Below, in pieces: positions 32,275-44,747 of a stretch of DNA of 64,000 nt. The notes under the pieces are model-generated. The model was not told where the DNA came from, did not search any database, and was given only the letters and a program-made list of their open reading frames with translations. A program made the position numbers and the translations under genes. This DNA is from an uncultured delta proteobacterium (GTDB lineage Bacteria > Desulfobacterota > Desulfuromonadia > Desulfuromonadales > JACZKF01): contig CAWFKQ010000007.1 in the NCBI GenBank assembly GCA_963816395.1, positions 224,001-288,000 of the forward strand, in the 5' to 3' direction. Position 1 is the stretch's first letter. Every line of letters begins with the position of its first letter.

Positions 32275-32838
32275 CTAAGAAATCCTATCTCCCTGGTTTT
32301 CTGCCGCTGCGGCGGTGCCGAGGTCTAGGGCCTTTTCATTCATCGGAATGAAGCGGTGGTTGCGTTCGGGGAGGACGTCCCGCAGAGCCGCCTTGATGCT
32401 CTCCAGGGCGACGGCACCGCTCCGCCGGACATAGGCGCCGAGAGCGATCATGTTGAGCAACCGGGCATCCCCGGCCTCCAGGGCCATTTCGTTGAGCGGC
32501 AAGCGCAGCAGAGACAGATCGTCGCGCGATGTGCCGTCCGCCTCCACCAGGGAGGAGTTTATCAGGCAGAAGCCGCCGGGGCGCACCCGCTCGAAATACT
32601 TCTCCATCGAGAGGGGATTGAAGATCAGGGCAGCTCCGGGTCGGCCGACGACCGGTGACTCCACTTCCCCATCGGTGACAACCACCATGCAGGTGGCCGC
32701 CCCACCCCGCTTCTCCACCCCGTAGGCGGGAAAGAAAGAAGCGTTTTTCCCTTCCCGAATCGCCCCATAGGCGAGCAGATTACCGATCAGCAGGACTCCC
32801 TGCCCGCCGAATCCGGCCATGAAAACGTCAGAATACAT
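32275..32838 (-). CDS. 2-oxoacid:ferredoxin oxidoreductase gamma subunit
   Basis: AGFGGQGV, PAYG.EKRGG, NMIALGA. Confidence 0.93.
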   Translation of the reverse strand: MYSDVFMAGFGGQGVLLIGNLLAYGAIREGKNASFFPAYGVEKRGGAATCMVVVTDGEVESPVVGRPGAALIFNPLSMEKYFERVRPGGFCLINSSLVEADGTSRDDLSLLRLPLNEMALEAGDARLLNMIALGAYVRRSGAVALESIKAALRDVLPERNHRFIPMNEKALDLGTAAAAENQGDRIS

Positions 32839-32907
32839 GCGAACCCCGTGGGTTGGAGGCGTTAGGTTGCTTTAAAGGCGAAAGGCCCTTATCCGCGTCA
32901 ATCGTTG

Positions 32908-33657
32908 CTATCGCCAGTTTTTAAAGGTTCCCAGTTTGAAATATGGGATCATCTCCGTCCCGACCCGCTCGTTCGCCTGCAGGGGGTTCATGCCCCAGTT
33001 GGTGGGGCAGGCGGAGAGGACCTCAACAAAGGAGAACCCTTTGCTTTCCATTTGGCAGCGGAACGCTTCCTCAATGACTTTTCCCGCCTGCAGAACGTTC
33101 TTCGGCGAATTGACCGCCACCCGCGCCGAGAAGGCCGTCCCTTCCAGACCGGCTAGCAACTCGGCCATGCGGATCGGATAGCCGTCCGAGCCGGTGTTGC
33201 GCCCGTAGGGGGAGGTGGTGGTACGCTGCTCCGGCAGGGTGGTCGGAGCCATCTGGCCGCCGGTCATGCCGTAGGTGGTGTTGTTGACGAAGATCACCGT
33301 CATATCCTCACCGCGGTTGGCGGCGTGGATGATCTCGCTGGTGCCGATCGCCGCCAGGTCGCCGTCCCCCTGATAGGTGAAGACGATCCGGTCCGGACGC
33401 ACCCGTTTGACTCCGGTTGCTACTGCCGGCGCCCGTCCGTGCGGCGACTCCACCACGTCGACATCGAAGTAACTGTAAAGAAAGACGCTGCAGCCGACAG
33501 AGGCGACACCGATCGTCCGCTCCTGCACTCCGAATGCATCAAGAGCCCCGGCCACCAGGCGGTGGATGGTGCCGTGGTGACATCCGGGGCAGAAGTGGGT
33601 CTGCACATCGTGCAGGGAAACCGGGCGGCTGAAAACCTTCTCCATCTGGGCGCTCAT
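32908..33657 (-). CDS. 2-oxoacid:ferredoxin oxidoreductase beta (TPP-binding) subunit
   Basis: [37 protein letters not shown]. Confidence 0.94.
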   Translation of the reverse strand: MSAQMEKVFSRPVSLHDVQTHFCPGCHHGTIHRLVAGALDAFGVQERTIGVASVGCSVFLYSYFDVDVVESPHGRAPAVATGVKRVRPDRIVFTYQGDGDLAAIGTSEIIHAANRGEDMTVIFVNNTTYGMTGGQMAPTTLPEQRTTTSPYGRNTGSDGYPIRMAELLAGLEGTAFSARVAVNSPKNVLQAGKVIEEAFRCQMESKGFSFVEVLSACPTNWGMNPLQANERVGTEMIPYFKLGTFKNWR

Positions 33658-33658
33658 C

Positions 33659-34726
33659 TCAGACCTCACAATGTTTCCGGATCTGCTCGAGAAGCTCTTC
33701 CGGAACCGGCAGGGAGCCGGCACCGGGCGGGCGGCCGTAGAAGTGGACCTCGGCATCCCGGGAAACCGACAGTCGAACATCCTCCACCATCTGACCGGCA
33801 TTGAGTTCGACGCACAGGAGCTTTTTGGCGGCGACCTGCCGGAAGGCGGCCACCGGGAAAGGGAACAGGGTGATCGGCCGCAGCAGCCCCACCTTCAATC
33901 CTTCCTCGCGGGCCAGGCGGACGGCAGTCTTGGCGATACGGGCGGCCGAGCCGAAGGCGGTGACGACCAAATCGGCATTTTCCAGGTGCAGCCCCTCGAA
34001 GCGCCCTTCCCGCTCCGCCAATTGTTTGTATTTGCCGTGCAGCCGCCAGTTATGGGCCTCCAGTTCGCCGTCACCGAGGTAGAGGGATTTCACCACCCTC
34101 TGGCGATCCCGCCCCTCCTTGCCAGCGACCGCCCACTCCTGGGCCGGCAGATCGGCCGGCCGGGTATAGGGGTGGGGAGAAAGCGCCTCCTTCATCTGGC
34201 CGATCACCGCGTCGGCGAGAATCATCGCCGGCAGGCGATAGCGATCCGACAGGTCAAAGGCGAGAACGGTCAGATCGTACATCTCCTGTATCGAGTGGGG
34301 AGCCAGCACGAGAATATGGTAGCCACCATGCCCTCCCCCTTTGACGGCCTGAAAGTAATCGGCCTGGGAAGCGTCGATGCCGCCCAGGCCGGGGCCGGAA
34401 CGGGAGATGTTGACGATCAGCCCGGGCAACTCGCTGCCGGCCATGTAGGAGATCCCCTCCTGTTTCAGGGAAATGCCGGGGCTGGAGGAAGACGTCATGG
34501 CCCGGGCGCCGCAGGCGCTGGCACCGAGCAGCATGTTGATGGAGGCTATCTCGCTTTCCGCCTGGATGAAGACGCCGCCAAGCTTCGGCAGTTCGCGGGC
34601 CATGTATTCCGGTATATCGCTCTGGGGAGTGATCGGATAGCCGAAGTAATAGCGGCAGCCGGCGGCAAGCGCACCCATGGCCACCGCCTCGTTCCCCTTG
34701 ACGAAAAGTCGACGCGCTTCGCTCAT
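33659..34726 (-). CDS. 2-oxoacid:ferredoxin oxidoreductase alpha subunit (VorB-like)
   Basis: [36 protein letters not shown]. Confidence 0.94.
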   Translation of the reverse strand: MSEARRLFVKGNEAVAMGALAAGCRYYFGYPITPQSDIPEYMARELPKLGGVFIQAESEIASINMLLGASACGARAMTSSSSPGISLKQEGISYMAGSELPGLIVNISRSGPGLGGIDASQADYFQAVKGGGHGGYHILVLAPHSIQEMYDLTVLAFDLSDRYRLPAMILADAVIGQMKEALSPHPYTRPADLPAQEWAVAGKEGRDRQRVVKSLYLGDGELEAHNWRLHGKYKQLAEREGRFEGLHLENADLVVTAFGSAARIAKTAVRLAREEGLKVGLLRPITLFPFPVAAFRQVAAKKLLCVELNAGQMVEDVRLSVSRDAEVHFYGRPPGAGSLPVPEELLEQIRKHCEV

Positions 34727-34956
34727 TGCCCTCCCCCCTCTTTGCGCTCGCGGAAAACGGTAATCGCCACCTCGGGGCACATCTGTGCGCAGAGAGTGCA
34801 GGAGGAGCACCTTTGCAGATCCTCGGCGGTAATGCGGGCGGGCAGGAAGCCCTGCCGGTTGAACCTGTCGCTGAGAGCGATCAGGCTGCGGGGACAGGCG
34901 ATCGTGCAGAGCGCACATCCCTTGCAACGGGACTCATCGATAACGATCCGGGGCAC
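34723..34956 (-). CDS. 2x[4Fe-4S] ferredoxin (delta subunit)
   Basis: CKGCALCTIACP and CSSCTLCAQMCP. Confidence 0.95.
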   Translation of the reverse strand: MPRIVIDESRCKGCALCTIACPRSLIALSDRFNRQGFLPARITAEDLQRCSSCTLCAQMCPEVAITVFRERKEGGGQ

Positions 34957-35153
34957 TGGCGACGGTTTCCTTTCCGCGAATTGGAAAAAATGAAATGGGG
35001 TGATGGAATCTAGCAGATGGGCGCTGGCCGAGTCAACCCAAAACGCACCGGCGATAGAATCGGGAAAACCTGCCTAAGCCATCGATCTTAATTAGGTTTT
35101 TCGACAGCATCCGGCTTTCCGACGAGCCCCCATCCGGCGCCATCGGCAGGGAC

Positions 35154-36364
35154 TCAGCCTTCCCCCCGGATGAACTGCCGCATCAGCAGATAGCCGGGAT
35201 CGACCATCACCGCGCTGGCGGCGGCTTCCTTTTCACTGTATCCGGAGGCCAGCCGCGCGGCGGGGAATTCCCCCCTCGAGCCGTAGAGAACGAAAGGGAC
35301 CGCGCCAAGCGTGTGGGTCTGCCGGCGCACCGGCGTCGGGTGATCGGGCAGGACCAGAACCCGGTGGTCACCCATTTCCGGCAGGCCATCGAGAACCGTC
35401 CCGACCACCAGTGCATCGAAATCCTCGATGGCCCGGATCTTGTCTTCCAGACTGCCGGCATGCGCCGCCTCGTCCGGAGCCTCTACATGCAGGTAGACAA
35501 AATCGCGGGTCTTCAGTGCTTCCAGCGCATACTCGGCCTTGCCACGGTAATCCGTATCGATGTAGCCGGTGGCGCCGGGGACGTTGATCACATCCAATCC
35601 CGCATAGATGCCGATCCCCTTGATCAGATCGACGGCGGAGATGACTGCCCCGGTAATGCCGAACATTTCTCGATAGGTAGGCATCTTCGGAGCCCGTCCG
35701 TGTCCCCACAGCCAGATGGAATTGGCCGTGGCTTGCCCCGCCTTTTCGCGCTGCGCGTTGATCGGATGATGGTGCAGCAGAATCTGGGCCGAGGTTATCA
35801 GGCGAATCAAATCCTCCGCCCCCTCCCCTTGCGGCAGGTGCTCCTCCACGCTCTGCATCGTCAGATCATGCGGCGGGGTGAAGCGCAGCCGGTCCTTCCC
35901 CCCCGCCAGACCATCAGATGGCGGTAGGAAACCCCCGGGTAGAAGTTGAATTCACCGCCACCCAGCTCTTCATTCAGGGCGAGGATCAGTTCCCGGGCTT
36001 GATCGGTAGGGATGTGGCCGGCGGAAAAATCGGCCATGTAGAGCTTCCCGCCATGCGGCAGCAGTTGTACCAGGTTCAGGCGGAAAGCGACATCCTCGGG
36101 GCGGAGTTCGACCCCCATGCTGGCCGCCTCCAGAGGTGAGCGGCCGCTGTAGCAGGTCGCGGGATCGAATCCGAACACCGACAGGTTGGCGACGTCACTC
36201 CCAGGGTGGAACCCCTTGGGGACGGTCTCCACCAGACCAAGCCGGCCGCGCCGGGCCAGCTCATCCATGCGCGGGGTATTCGCCTGCTCCAGCGGCGTTT
36301 TGCCGTCCAATTCCTCAAGCGGCTCATCGGCCATGCCGTCGCCAAGAAGGACGATGTATTTCAT
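35154..36364 (-). CDS. apgM: Cofactor-independent phosphoglycerate mutase (ApgM type), frameshift near 35880-35900
   Basis: GDGMADEP, KTPLE.A.TP, PGSDVANL, HVEAPDEAAH, PDHPTP. Confidence 0.92.
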
Positions 36365-36374
36365 AATCTCTCCA

Positions 36375-36461
36375 AGGGAAATAGGAAGTAGGGAGGGAGG
36401 GAGTAGAAACCAGCATACAGGTTTTTTCTATTTCCCTATCTCACTATCTCCCTACCTCACT
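36375..36461. repeat. Inverted octamer arrays between xerD and apgM
   Basis: Left AGGGAAAT/AGGGAG.. units; right CTATTTCC CTATCTCA CTATCTCC CTACCTCA. Confidence 0.75.
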
Positions 36462-36466
36462 GATCC

Positions 36467-37352
36467 TCACCCGCGTGGGTGGAACTGCTCATGGATCTTC
36501 TTCAGCCGCTCGCGGGTGACATGGGTATAGATCTGGGTGGTGGAAATATCCGCATGCCCGAGCATGGTCTGCACGGAACGCAGGTCGGCACCGTTCTCCA
36601 GAAGATGGGTGGCGAAGGAATGCCGAAGTGTATGTGGGCTGATTTTCTTGTGAATTCCGGCCTCCAGGGCGCGGCGTTTAATAATCTTCCAGAACCCCTG
36701 GCGTGTCAACCCTTTCCCACCCCGGTTGAGGAAGAGAATGCGGCTCCCCACCTTGTCCAGGAAAGGGCGGCCGAGCCCGAGATAGCGCCGGAGTTCCGCC
36801 AGGGCCGATTCCCCCAGGGGGACGATGCGCTGCTTGCTGCGTTTGCCGAAAGCGGTCAGATAACCGACGTCCAGTTGCAGATCGCCAAGCTTCAGACCGA
36901 CCAGTTCGGAGACCCGCAGGCCGGTAGCGTAGAGAAGTTCGAGCATGGCCCGGTCGCGCAGATTGAGGGCCTCGTCCCCGACCGGCGCCGCCAGCAGCCG
37001 ATCGACTTCGACCATCGACAGGGTATGGGGAAGGGGGTTCAGGCTTTTGGGCGCCTCCACCCGGGTCGTCGGATTGCCGGCTGGCAATCCCCTCGGTCAG
37101 CAGAAACCGATGAAAAGTGCGCACCGCCACCAGGGCTCGGGCCCGGCTGCGCGCCCCCAGTCCGCTCTCCTTAAGAAGGGAGAGAAAGCGCAGGATGTGA
37201 GCCGGGGCAACGGCATCGGGGTGGGAAACCTGCTCTTTTTCCAGAAAGTCCAGGTAACGGACGAGATCGTGGCCGTAGGCCTCAAGGGTATTGCGGGCCA
37301 GGCCGCGCTCGACGGTGAGGTAGTGAAAAAACAGATCGAAATATTGATTCAT
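36467..37352 (-). CDS. xerD: Tyrosine recombinase XerD, frameshift near 37085
   Basis: VERGLARNTLEAY, LYATGLRVSEL, HTLRHSFATHLL, LGHADISTTQIY. Confidence 0.95.
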
Positions 37353-37396
37353 AAGCTCTGCGGGGGCAGCGGCCGGAGCCGCCCCGTGCCTCCTCG

Positions 37397-40093
37397 CTAC
37401 TCCTCGTCCATGCACTCGAGCAGTTGACGTTCAACCTCCTCGATCTTCTCCGGAGCGGTGACCTTATGGCCGAAAATATCCTGGATGTAGAAGGTGTCCG
37501 CCACCTGATCGACCTTGGTGGAAATCTTCGAGACGCCGATATACAACCCCAGCTCCTTGAGGGTTTTGGTGATTTGATAGAGTAGGCCGATCCGGTCATG
37601 GGCGAAAATATCGATAACCGTGTATTCATCGGAGACTTCGTTGTCGATCTCCACCTTATTCGGGAAACGGGGGCGCGGCTGCGCCGGCAACAGACTGGAG
37701 CGGTGCCGTTTCTTCACCAGTTCCGCCACCCGCACCCGCCCCTCGATGACCGAGGTCAGATCCTCCTCCACCTGCCGCCATTTCGCCGGGTCGGCGATGA
37801 TCTCGCCGCCTGGGCTGCGTACCTGCAGGACATCGAGCGCCACGCCGTTGTTCATAGTGGAAATCTGAGCGCCGAGGATATTGATGCCGTTGCCGGCCAT
37901 CACCCCGGTTATTTTTGAGAAGAGCCCAGGGATATCGAGGGTAGCGATGATGAGATTGGAATATTCCGCCTGCGGTGCGTGCTCCACTTTCATGACCAGC
38001 GGCCGGTCCTTGAGGGCCAGGACCACCCGGATGTGCGCGGCGATCTCCCGCGAGCGGTGCGACAGGAGATAGCGCGTACTCATCTGTCGCAGGACCTCCT
38101 TGATCACCTTGCCACCGAACTCCTCCTCGAGCAGACCGACTACCTTGCGCTTGCGGTTGCGTACCTTTTCCGAGCGCTTCTCCATCTGGAAATTGCCCCT
38201 CTCCAGAATTTCGTAGGCCTTCTCATACAACTCCTGCAACAGCAGGCCCTTCCATTCCGACCAGACATCGGGGCCGACCGCCTTGATATCGGCGAAGGTG
38301 AGCAGGTAAAGCATCTTAAGGTTTTCACTCATCCCCATTCGGCGGGCGAACTGGATAATCATCTTGTCATCGTGCAGATCCCGGCGCTGGGAGATATGGG
38401 CCATTTGCAGGTGGTTGCGGACGAGAAACTCCAGCCGTTCGCTGTCCTCCCGGTTGAGGCCGAGGCGCCGGGCGATGGTCGGGATCATATCCGCCCCTTT
38501 GTTGCAGTGGTCCTTCCCCTCTCCCTTGCCGATATCGTGGAAGAGGACCGACAGCAGCAGCAGTTCGCGCTTCTCCACATCATTGGCTACCTGGGTAAGC
38601 AACGGTTTTTTATCAAAATAATCGCCGCGCCAGAGCTTGACGATCTCTTCGACGGCAAAGATGGAATGCACATCGACGGTGTAGATGTGGTAGGCGTCGT
38701 GCTGGACCTTGCAGTAGATGCGGCCGAATTCCGGAATGAAGTGGTTGAGGAACTGCAGATGGTGCATGTCTCTGAGGGTCTCGGCAACCCGCTGCGGTCC
38801 GCGCAGTATCTCCAGAAAACCTTCGCTCATGGTCCGCGACCGCCGCACCCGGTCGTTGATACGGTGCAGGTTGTCCCGGATCATCTTCTTCACCGTCAGA
38901 CTCAGTTTGACATCGTGACGCTGGGCGAGCAGAAAGGCTTTCATCATCAGTGCCGGATCCGCTGCGAACAGATCCTCCCGGGTAGCGCGCAACTCGCCGC
39001 GCAGGATATAAAAACCCTCATCCACCGTACGCCGGGTGAGATAGCCGAGGATACGGAAGGTCGGCTCCTCCTGCTGCGTCGCCCGGGTGATCAGGGAAGC
39101 GGCGAGATGTTCCACGCGGGTGGCATGCGAGTAGTAGTCCTGCATGAACTGCTCGACCGCCAAGGCTCGCCGGTTATCCTGATAGCCGAGGAAAAGGGCG
39201 ATCTTCTCCTGCTGGTCGAAATGGATCTGGTCGTTTTTGCGGCCGGAGAGATAGTGCAGTTCGTTGCGGATGCGCCAGAGATGGTCGAAGGCAGCCTCGA
39301 AATCCTGTCCTTCCCGCTCGGTCAGCACCCCCTTGATGATCAACTCGCGCAGGGCGCGCGCCTTGAACTTGACCATGGCGATCCACAAGGCGGTATGCAG
39401 GTCGCGCAGTCCCCCTTCCCCCTCCTTGATGTTCGGCTCCAGCAGATAGACGGAAGAGCCGTATTTGCGCAGCCGGCGGGTGTTCTCTTCCAATTTATCG
39501 CGGATAAACCCCTGGCTGTTCTTTCCCAGCACCGTTTCCATGACCAGGCGGCTGTAATCCTGGTAGTTGGCCTCATCCCCTACCAGGTAGCGGGAGTCGA
39601 GGAGGGCGGTGCGGGCGGTGATGTCCCGCTCGGCCATCTCCAGGCAGTCGCGGGCGGTGCGTACGCTGTAGCCGACCTCCAGACCAATGTCCCACATCAG
39701 ATAGAGGATCCGCTCGGCGACCTGCTCGGCGAACCTTTTATCCTTGCCGCTGTAGTAGAACATCAGGTCGATGTCGGAGCGGGGGTTGAGCTCGGCGCGC
39801 CCGTAGCCCCCCAGGGCGATGAGGGTACAGGGGCTGCCCCCGCGAGGCAGATCGGTAGAGGCGCTGCGGTACAGGTTGCGGATCAAGGTGTCGGCGAGAG
39901 AAGTAAGACTACCGACGATCAGCCGGCCGCTTTCTCCGGACCGATGTCGATCGCGGATCAGCTGCTGGTGGTGCGCCAGGTAGGCACGGGAAGCCTCCAC
40001 CAGCATTTTCTGCCTTTGGGCATACGGGATGGCCGGATCGAGAACCTGCCGGGAGAAGAAGGATTCATTCTTTTCGGAGCTGTTTATCTTCAT
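37397..40093 (-). CDS. glnD: [Protein-PII] uridylyltransferase
   Basis: GGYGR.EL.P.SDIDL, EPNIKEGEGGLRD, HD domain, two ACT domains. Confidence 0.97.
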   Translation of the reverse strand: MKINSSEKNESFFSRQVLDPAIPYAQRQKMLVEASRAYLAHHQQLIRDRHRSGESGRLIVGSLTSLADTLIRNLYRSASTDLPRGGSPCTLIALGGYGRAELNPRSDIDLMFYYSGKDKRFAEQVAERILYLMWDIGLEVGYSVRTARDCLEMAERDITARTALLDSRYLVGDEANYQDYSRLVMETVLGKNSQGFIRDKLEENTRRLRKYGSSVYLLEPNIKEGEGGLRDLHTALWIAMVKFKARALRELIIKGVLTEREGQDFEAAFDHLWRIRNELHYLSGRKNDQIHFDQQEKIALFLGYQDNRRALAVEQFMQDYYSHATRVEHLAASLITRATQQEEPTFRILGYLTRRTVDEGFYILRGELRATREDLFAADPALMMKAFLLAQRHDVKLSLTVKKMIRDNLHRINDRVRRSRTMSEGFLEILRGPQRVAETLRDMHHLQFLNHFIPEFGRIYCKVQHDAYHIYTVDVHSIFAVEEIVKLWRGDYFDKKPLLTQVANDVEKRELLLLSVLFHDIGKGEGKDHCNKGADMIPTIARRLGLNREDSERLEFLVRNHLQMAHISQRRDLHDDKMIIQFARRMGMSENLKMLYLLTFADIKAVGPDVWSEWKGLLLQELYEKAYEILERGNFQMEKRSEKVRNRKRKVVGLLEEEFGGKVIKEVLRQMSTRYLLSHRSREIAAHIRVVLALKDRPLVMKVEHAPQAEYSNLIIATLDIPGLFSKITGVMAGNGINILGAQISTMNNGVALDVLQVRSPGGEIIADPAKWRQVEEDLTSVIEGRVRVAELVKKRHRSSLLPAQPRPRFPNKVEIDNEVSDEYTVIDIFAHDRIGLLYQITKTLKELGLYIGVSKISTKVDQVADTFYIQDIFGHKVTAPEKIEEVERQLLECMDEE

Positions 40094-41775
40094 TGGGAAG
40101 CGATCACGCGCAAAGAGTCTGCATACTCCTTGACGGCGCGGACAATCGCCGTCGCAGCTTTCTTATGATACCTCGGATCGGTCAGCCGCGATTCTTCGCG
40201 AGGATTACTGATGAAGGCGGTCTCCACCAGCACCGAAGGCATGGTGGCGCCGAGCAGAACGTAAAAAGGCCCTTGCCGCACCCCCAAATCACGCACCTGT
40301 TTGTATTGGCTCCCGAGCACATTAATCAGTGAGTGCTGGATTGTCGCCGCCAGGCGGCTCGATTCGTTGATCTTGCTGTTGGCCATCAGATCGAACAGAA
40401 TCAGTTCCAGGTCGCCGACCTGTTTGAGGGAAGTGCCGTTTTCCCGGGCCGCAACGGCCGCCGCTTTGTCGTTTTTGGAGAAATTGAGGTAATAGGTCTC
40501 GATGCCGTAAGCATCCCGGCTGGGAGCGGCGTTGGCATGGATGGAAATGAACAGGTCAGCTCCCACCCGATTGGCAATAGCGGTGCGCTCCTCCAGGGGA
40601 AGAAAGACGTCTCCGCTACGGGTAAGAATCACGTCGCAGCCGATTTCCGCCCGGAGTTCCCGGGCCAGAACCTTGGCGATAGCCAGGGTGACATCCTTCT
40701 CCATCACCCCCGAAAAGCCTATCGCCCCCGGATCCTTGCCGCCATGGCCGGCATCGACCACAATTCGCCGCAGGACATTGGCCGTTCTGGCCGGCGGGAT
40801 CTGCACCTTCAGCGGCCGGTCTTCCGGCGTCCTCTCCAGGATGCGGCCGATTGCATCCTTTTCCGCCGGCGGCAGGGCGGAGAGCTTTGGCTGGTCCGCA
40901 GTCAGCTCGCTGGGCCGGTCGCCGGTGACGTCGAGAACGATGCGCACCGGGTCTTCCAGGGGAAAGACCTTATAATCCTTGATGCTGACCATGTCGAGCA
41001 CCACCCGGACGGTTTGGCCGTCCGGCTGCCCGGTACGGATCTGCCGCAGCAGGCCATCCCGGACCTGGGTTGCCTCGGCGAGACCGCTCGCCGGTACCGT
41101 TCCCTGCAGATCGACGTAAAGGCGCGGCACGTTTTTTTTGCCGGGGTCGCCAGCGAGGAAATTTGCCGTGAAGTCGGCAGGTCCCGAAAGGTCGAGAACC
41201 ACCCGGGTGTAGCCGGGGTTGGACCAGAAGCGGATACCGGTCAGCTGCGCACCGGACACCGCCGGTGCGTAGCGGGTCAACTCCGCCGCCTTGCGGCGGG
41301 CGAGAGCCGCCATATCCCCCGAGGCATGCCGGTCCGCCGCCTTCCGATAGCGAAGGTAGGCCTGGCCGGGATCATGGAGGATTTCTTCTTCGATGCCGGC
41401 AGCCAGAACCAGGGCATCATCGGCGAGAGAGGAGGCGGGATATTTTTCCGCCAGAGTATCGAAATACCCGAGGGCCTGCTCCGCATCGTCGGGTCGCCGG
41501 GAAACCTGATAGAGGTCCCGGCAGGCTTTTCCGGCCATGAACAGGCCGGCAGCGGCCCGTAAATGACCTGGATGCGTCTTGGTAACGGCCAGGAACCGGT
41601 CGATGACCCGGGTCCAGTTCCGGCGATAAAGCTTCTCGCGGGAAGACGCGGCCAGTCGGCGGTAGCTTTCTTTCGCCCGCTGGTAGTCGCGTTCGGTCTG
41701 GTCGGCGGTAGCCGCCGACGGCAGCACCAGAAGCACCAGCAGAAAAATCAGGAGCGGTCTCGCCAGAAATTTCAT
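40090..41775 (-). CDS. N-acetylmuramoyl-L-alanine amidase with TPR-like and AMIN domains
   Basis: Signal peptide, [42 protein letters not shown]. Confidence 0.93.
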   Translation of the reverse strand: MKFLARPLLIFLLVLLVLPSAATADQTERDYQRAKESYRRLAASSREKLYRRNWTRVIDRFLAVTKTHPGHLRAAAGLFMAGKACRDLYQVSRRPDDAEQALGYFDTLAEKYPASSLADDALVLAAGIEEEILHDPGQAYLRYRKAADRHASGDMAALARRKAAELTRYAPAVSGAQLTGIRFWSNPGYTRVVLDLSGPADFTANFLAGDPGKKNVPRLYVDLQGTVPASGLAEATQVRDGLLRQIRTGQPDGQTVRVVLDMVSIKDYKVFPLEDPVRIVLDVTGDRPSELTADQPKLSALPPAEKDAIGRILERTPEDRPLKVQIPPARTANVLRRIVVDAGHGGKDPGAIGFSGVMEKDVTLAIAKVLARELRAEIGCDVILTRSGDVFLPLEERTAIANRVGADLFISIHANAAPSRDAYGIETYYLNFSKNDKAAAVAARENGTSLKQVGDLELILFDLMANSKINESSRLAATIQHSLINVLGSQYKQVRDLGVRQGPFYVLLGATMPSVLVETAFISNPREESRLTDPRYHKKAATAIVRAVKEYADSLRVIASQ

Positions 41776-44388
41776 TGCTGCACCATCTGAATCAGTTCAT
41801 TCAACAGATTGAGGGCCTCGAGGGGCGTAACACGGTTGGCGTCGATGCACCGCAGACGGTCCCGCAGGACATCGTTTTCGACAGCGAACAGAGATAATTG
41901 CGGCAAAGGCTGCCGAGTGGTCCGGCGGCTGCGGGCGAGCCGCGGCTCCCCCTGTCGCTCGAATTCCCCCGATTCCAGGTTCCTGAGAACCTCCCGCGCC
42001 CGCTCAATCACCGTCTCCGGCAGCCCGGCCAGGCGCGCCACCTGGATGCCGTAGGAATGACTTGCCCCACCCTTGATGATGCGGCGGAGGAAAATGATCT
42101 GGTCGTTCCATTCCTTGACGGCGACGTTGTAATTTTTAACCCGCTCGCGCGTCAGGGCCAGATCGGTCAGCTCGTGGTAATGGGTGGCAAAGAGCGTTTT
42201 CGCCGCAACCGCTGCCTGGTCGTGCAGATATTCGGCGACCGCCCAGGCGATGCTGATGCCGTCGAAAGTGGAGGTGCCGCGGCCGATCTCATCGAGAACG
42301 ATCAGGCTGCGGGGGGTGGCATGGTGCAGGATGTGCGCCGTTTCGGTCATCTCCACCATAAAGGTGGACTGGCCGCGGGCCAGGTTATCGCTCGCCCCGA
42401 CCCGGGTAAAGATGCGGTCGACCACCCCGATGCGGGCCGAGCGGGCCGGCACCAGACTCCCCATCTGGGCCATCAGGACGATCAGGGCGACCTGGCGCAT
42501 GAAGGTCGATTTACCGGCCATGTTCGGCCCGGTGATGATGAGAATCTGGTTCTCCCGCGTATCCATCACCACGTCGTTGGGGACGAACGGCTCGCCCAGG
42601 GACATCGCCTCGATCACCGGATGCCGCCCCTCGATGATCGCCAGTTCGCCGCCGTCGTCGATCTCCGGCACCACATAGCCGCGCTCGTGCGCCAGTTCGG
42701 CGAGGGCGAGCAGGACATCGAGCTGCGCCAGGGCGCCGGCGGTCTGCTGGATCCGCCCCCCTTGCTGCGCCGTCTGCTGGCGGACCTGCTGGAAGAGATC
42801 GTACTCGATCTCCACCATCTTCTCCTCGGCCCCCAGGACCTTCTCCTCGTATTCCTTCAGCGAGGGGGTGATGTAGCGCTCGGCATTGGCCAGGGTCTGC
42901 TTGCGCTGGTAATCCTCAGGCACCCGGTCGAGCTGGCTGCGGGTAATCTCGATGTAATAGCCGAAAACCCGATTGAAGCGGATCTTGAGATTGGTGATCC
43001 CGGTGCGCTCCCGTTCCTGCCGCTCCAGTCGGGCGATCCACCCCTTCCCTTCGCGGCTGATGGCGCGCAGCTCATCCAGTGCCGGATCATAGCCGTCGCG
43101 GATCAGACCTCCCTCGCGCAGCACGAAAGGCGGCTCATCGACAATCGCTCGCGGCGATCAGCGCGACGACATCCGGCAGGGGATCGAGATTCTGGCGCAG
43201 ATCCGCCAGCAGCGGCGCCGCCAGCGCTTCCAGGGCGCTCAGCAGCGGCGGCAGCTGCTGCAGCGAATGCCGCAATGCGGCGAGGTCCTTGGCATTGGCG
43301 CTGGCCATGGAAATTTTGCCGTTCAGCCGCTCAAGATCGTAGACCCCGTCGAGGCACTCCCGCAACTCGGCCCGCAGCAGGCTCTCCTCCACCAGCTCGG
43401 CAACCGCCCGATGGCGCTGCCGGATTTCCTCCACATTGATCAGGGGCTGATGAATCCACTGGCGGAGCTTGCGGCCCCCCATGGCGGTCACCGTCCGGTC
43501 GAGCACCCCGAGAAGGGAGCCGCGCCGACTGCCGTCGTGCAGAGTGGCGGTAAGCTCCAGGTGCCGCCGGGTCGTCTCATCCAGCACCATGAAATCCTGG
43601 CTGAAGCAGGTCCGCAGGGAGCGGATGTGATTGAGTGCCCCTTTCTGCGTCTCCCCCAGGTAATGGATAATGGCGCCGGCGGCGGCCACCGCTCCGGGGA
43701 GTCCGGCGCAGCCGAAAGCCTCCAGGGAGGCGCAGGCGAAGAAATCGAGCAGTCGCCGCTCCGCCCGCTCGGGATCGCAGGCTTCCTCCGGCAGCATGTT
43801 GAGCATCCGGCCGGCGAGGACACCGGCCAGCGCCTGGCGCAGAGATTCCCCTTCCTGCCCTTCCGGCAGCAGTACCTCGCGGGGATTCAGGGAAGCCACT
43901 TCACTGCGTATCCCTTCCGGGTCGGTGCATTCGGTCACCCGGAATTCGCCAGTGGTGATGTCCAATCCGGCCACCCCCCAGCGCCCGCCGCCGCTGGCCA
44001 GGGCCAACAGGTAATTATTCTCTTTCGGCTGCAGGGTGTCGGTATCGACCACCAGCCCGGGGGTGACCACGCGCACCACCTCCCGCCGGACAATCCCTTT
44101 GGCCGTCTTGGGATCCTCAACCTGCTCGCAGATGGCGACCTTGTAGCCGTTTTCCACCAGACGGGAGATATACGGCTGGCAGCTGTGGAAGGGGATGCCG
44201 CACAGGGGGACCTCCTCAGCGGCTCCCTTGTTGCGGGAGGTCAGGGTAATATCCAGCACCCGGGAGGCGGTGACAGCGTCCTCCATGAACATTTCATAGA
44301 AATCACCGAGGCGAAAAAAAAGAATAGCGTCAGGAAACTGGGATTTGATCTCCAGATACTGGCGCATCATCGGGGTTGCGAAGGCCAT
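41772..44388 (-). CDS. mutS: DNA mismatch repair protein MutS, frameshift near 43140
   Basis: [38 protein letters not shown]. Confidence 0.98.
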
Positions 44389-44490
44389 TCCGTGCAGTAC
44401 CTTTTATGCGCAGCAATGAAACAGGAATTCGGCAGGCGCCGACAACGGGTGTTATGTTTAGTTCCCACCCCCCCCGGGTGGGTGCTGGCC

Positions 44491-44590
44491 AGTCTCCGAA
44501 TCGGAAACGATGGGTTTTCGGCTTGGCAAGGAAATCAATGGCTTGCGCGGGAGCGTACGGCGGTATGCCACAAGCTAGCCCGAAGATTGA
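44491..44590 (+). mobile_element. Degenerate, truncated copy of the MITE-like element at 57564
   Basis: CGGAAACGA..TTTTCG..TGGCAAGGAAATCAA.GG.TTGCGCGG..GCGTAC..CGGTA.GCC.CAAGC..CCCG.AGATTGA collinear with 57564-57665. Confidence 0.75.
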
Positions 44591-44747
44591 ACATATCCAT
44601 GGTGGAAAGGAACCGTTCCAGCGGGAACCATGTTAACAAAGCAGGTTTTTAATGTAAAGCTGGTTCCCCTCCCGCCGCTCCGAAAGACTAAGGGATTGAC
44701 CGAAGCCCGCGGGAATGCTAATAGATGCCGCAATTATGGGAGATGCC

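Noticed and set aside
32845..32890. Further degenerate heptamer tract between oxidoreductase beta and gamma genes
   Set aside because: Too degenerate to distinguish from chance by eye
36467..37352. Tyrosine recombinase as a prophage or island integrase
   Set aside because: Canonical XerD sequence in a housekeeping operon; no att sites or cargo
37979..40168. 729-aa plus-strand ORF and other long antisense ORFs (e.g. 41898-43439, 56142-57665, 54468-55877, 33671-34993)
   Set aside because: Shadows of well-supported genes on the opposite strand, expected from GC-rich codon bias; no family motifs
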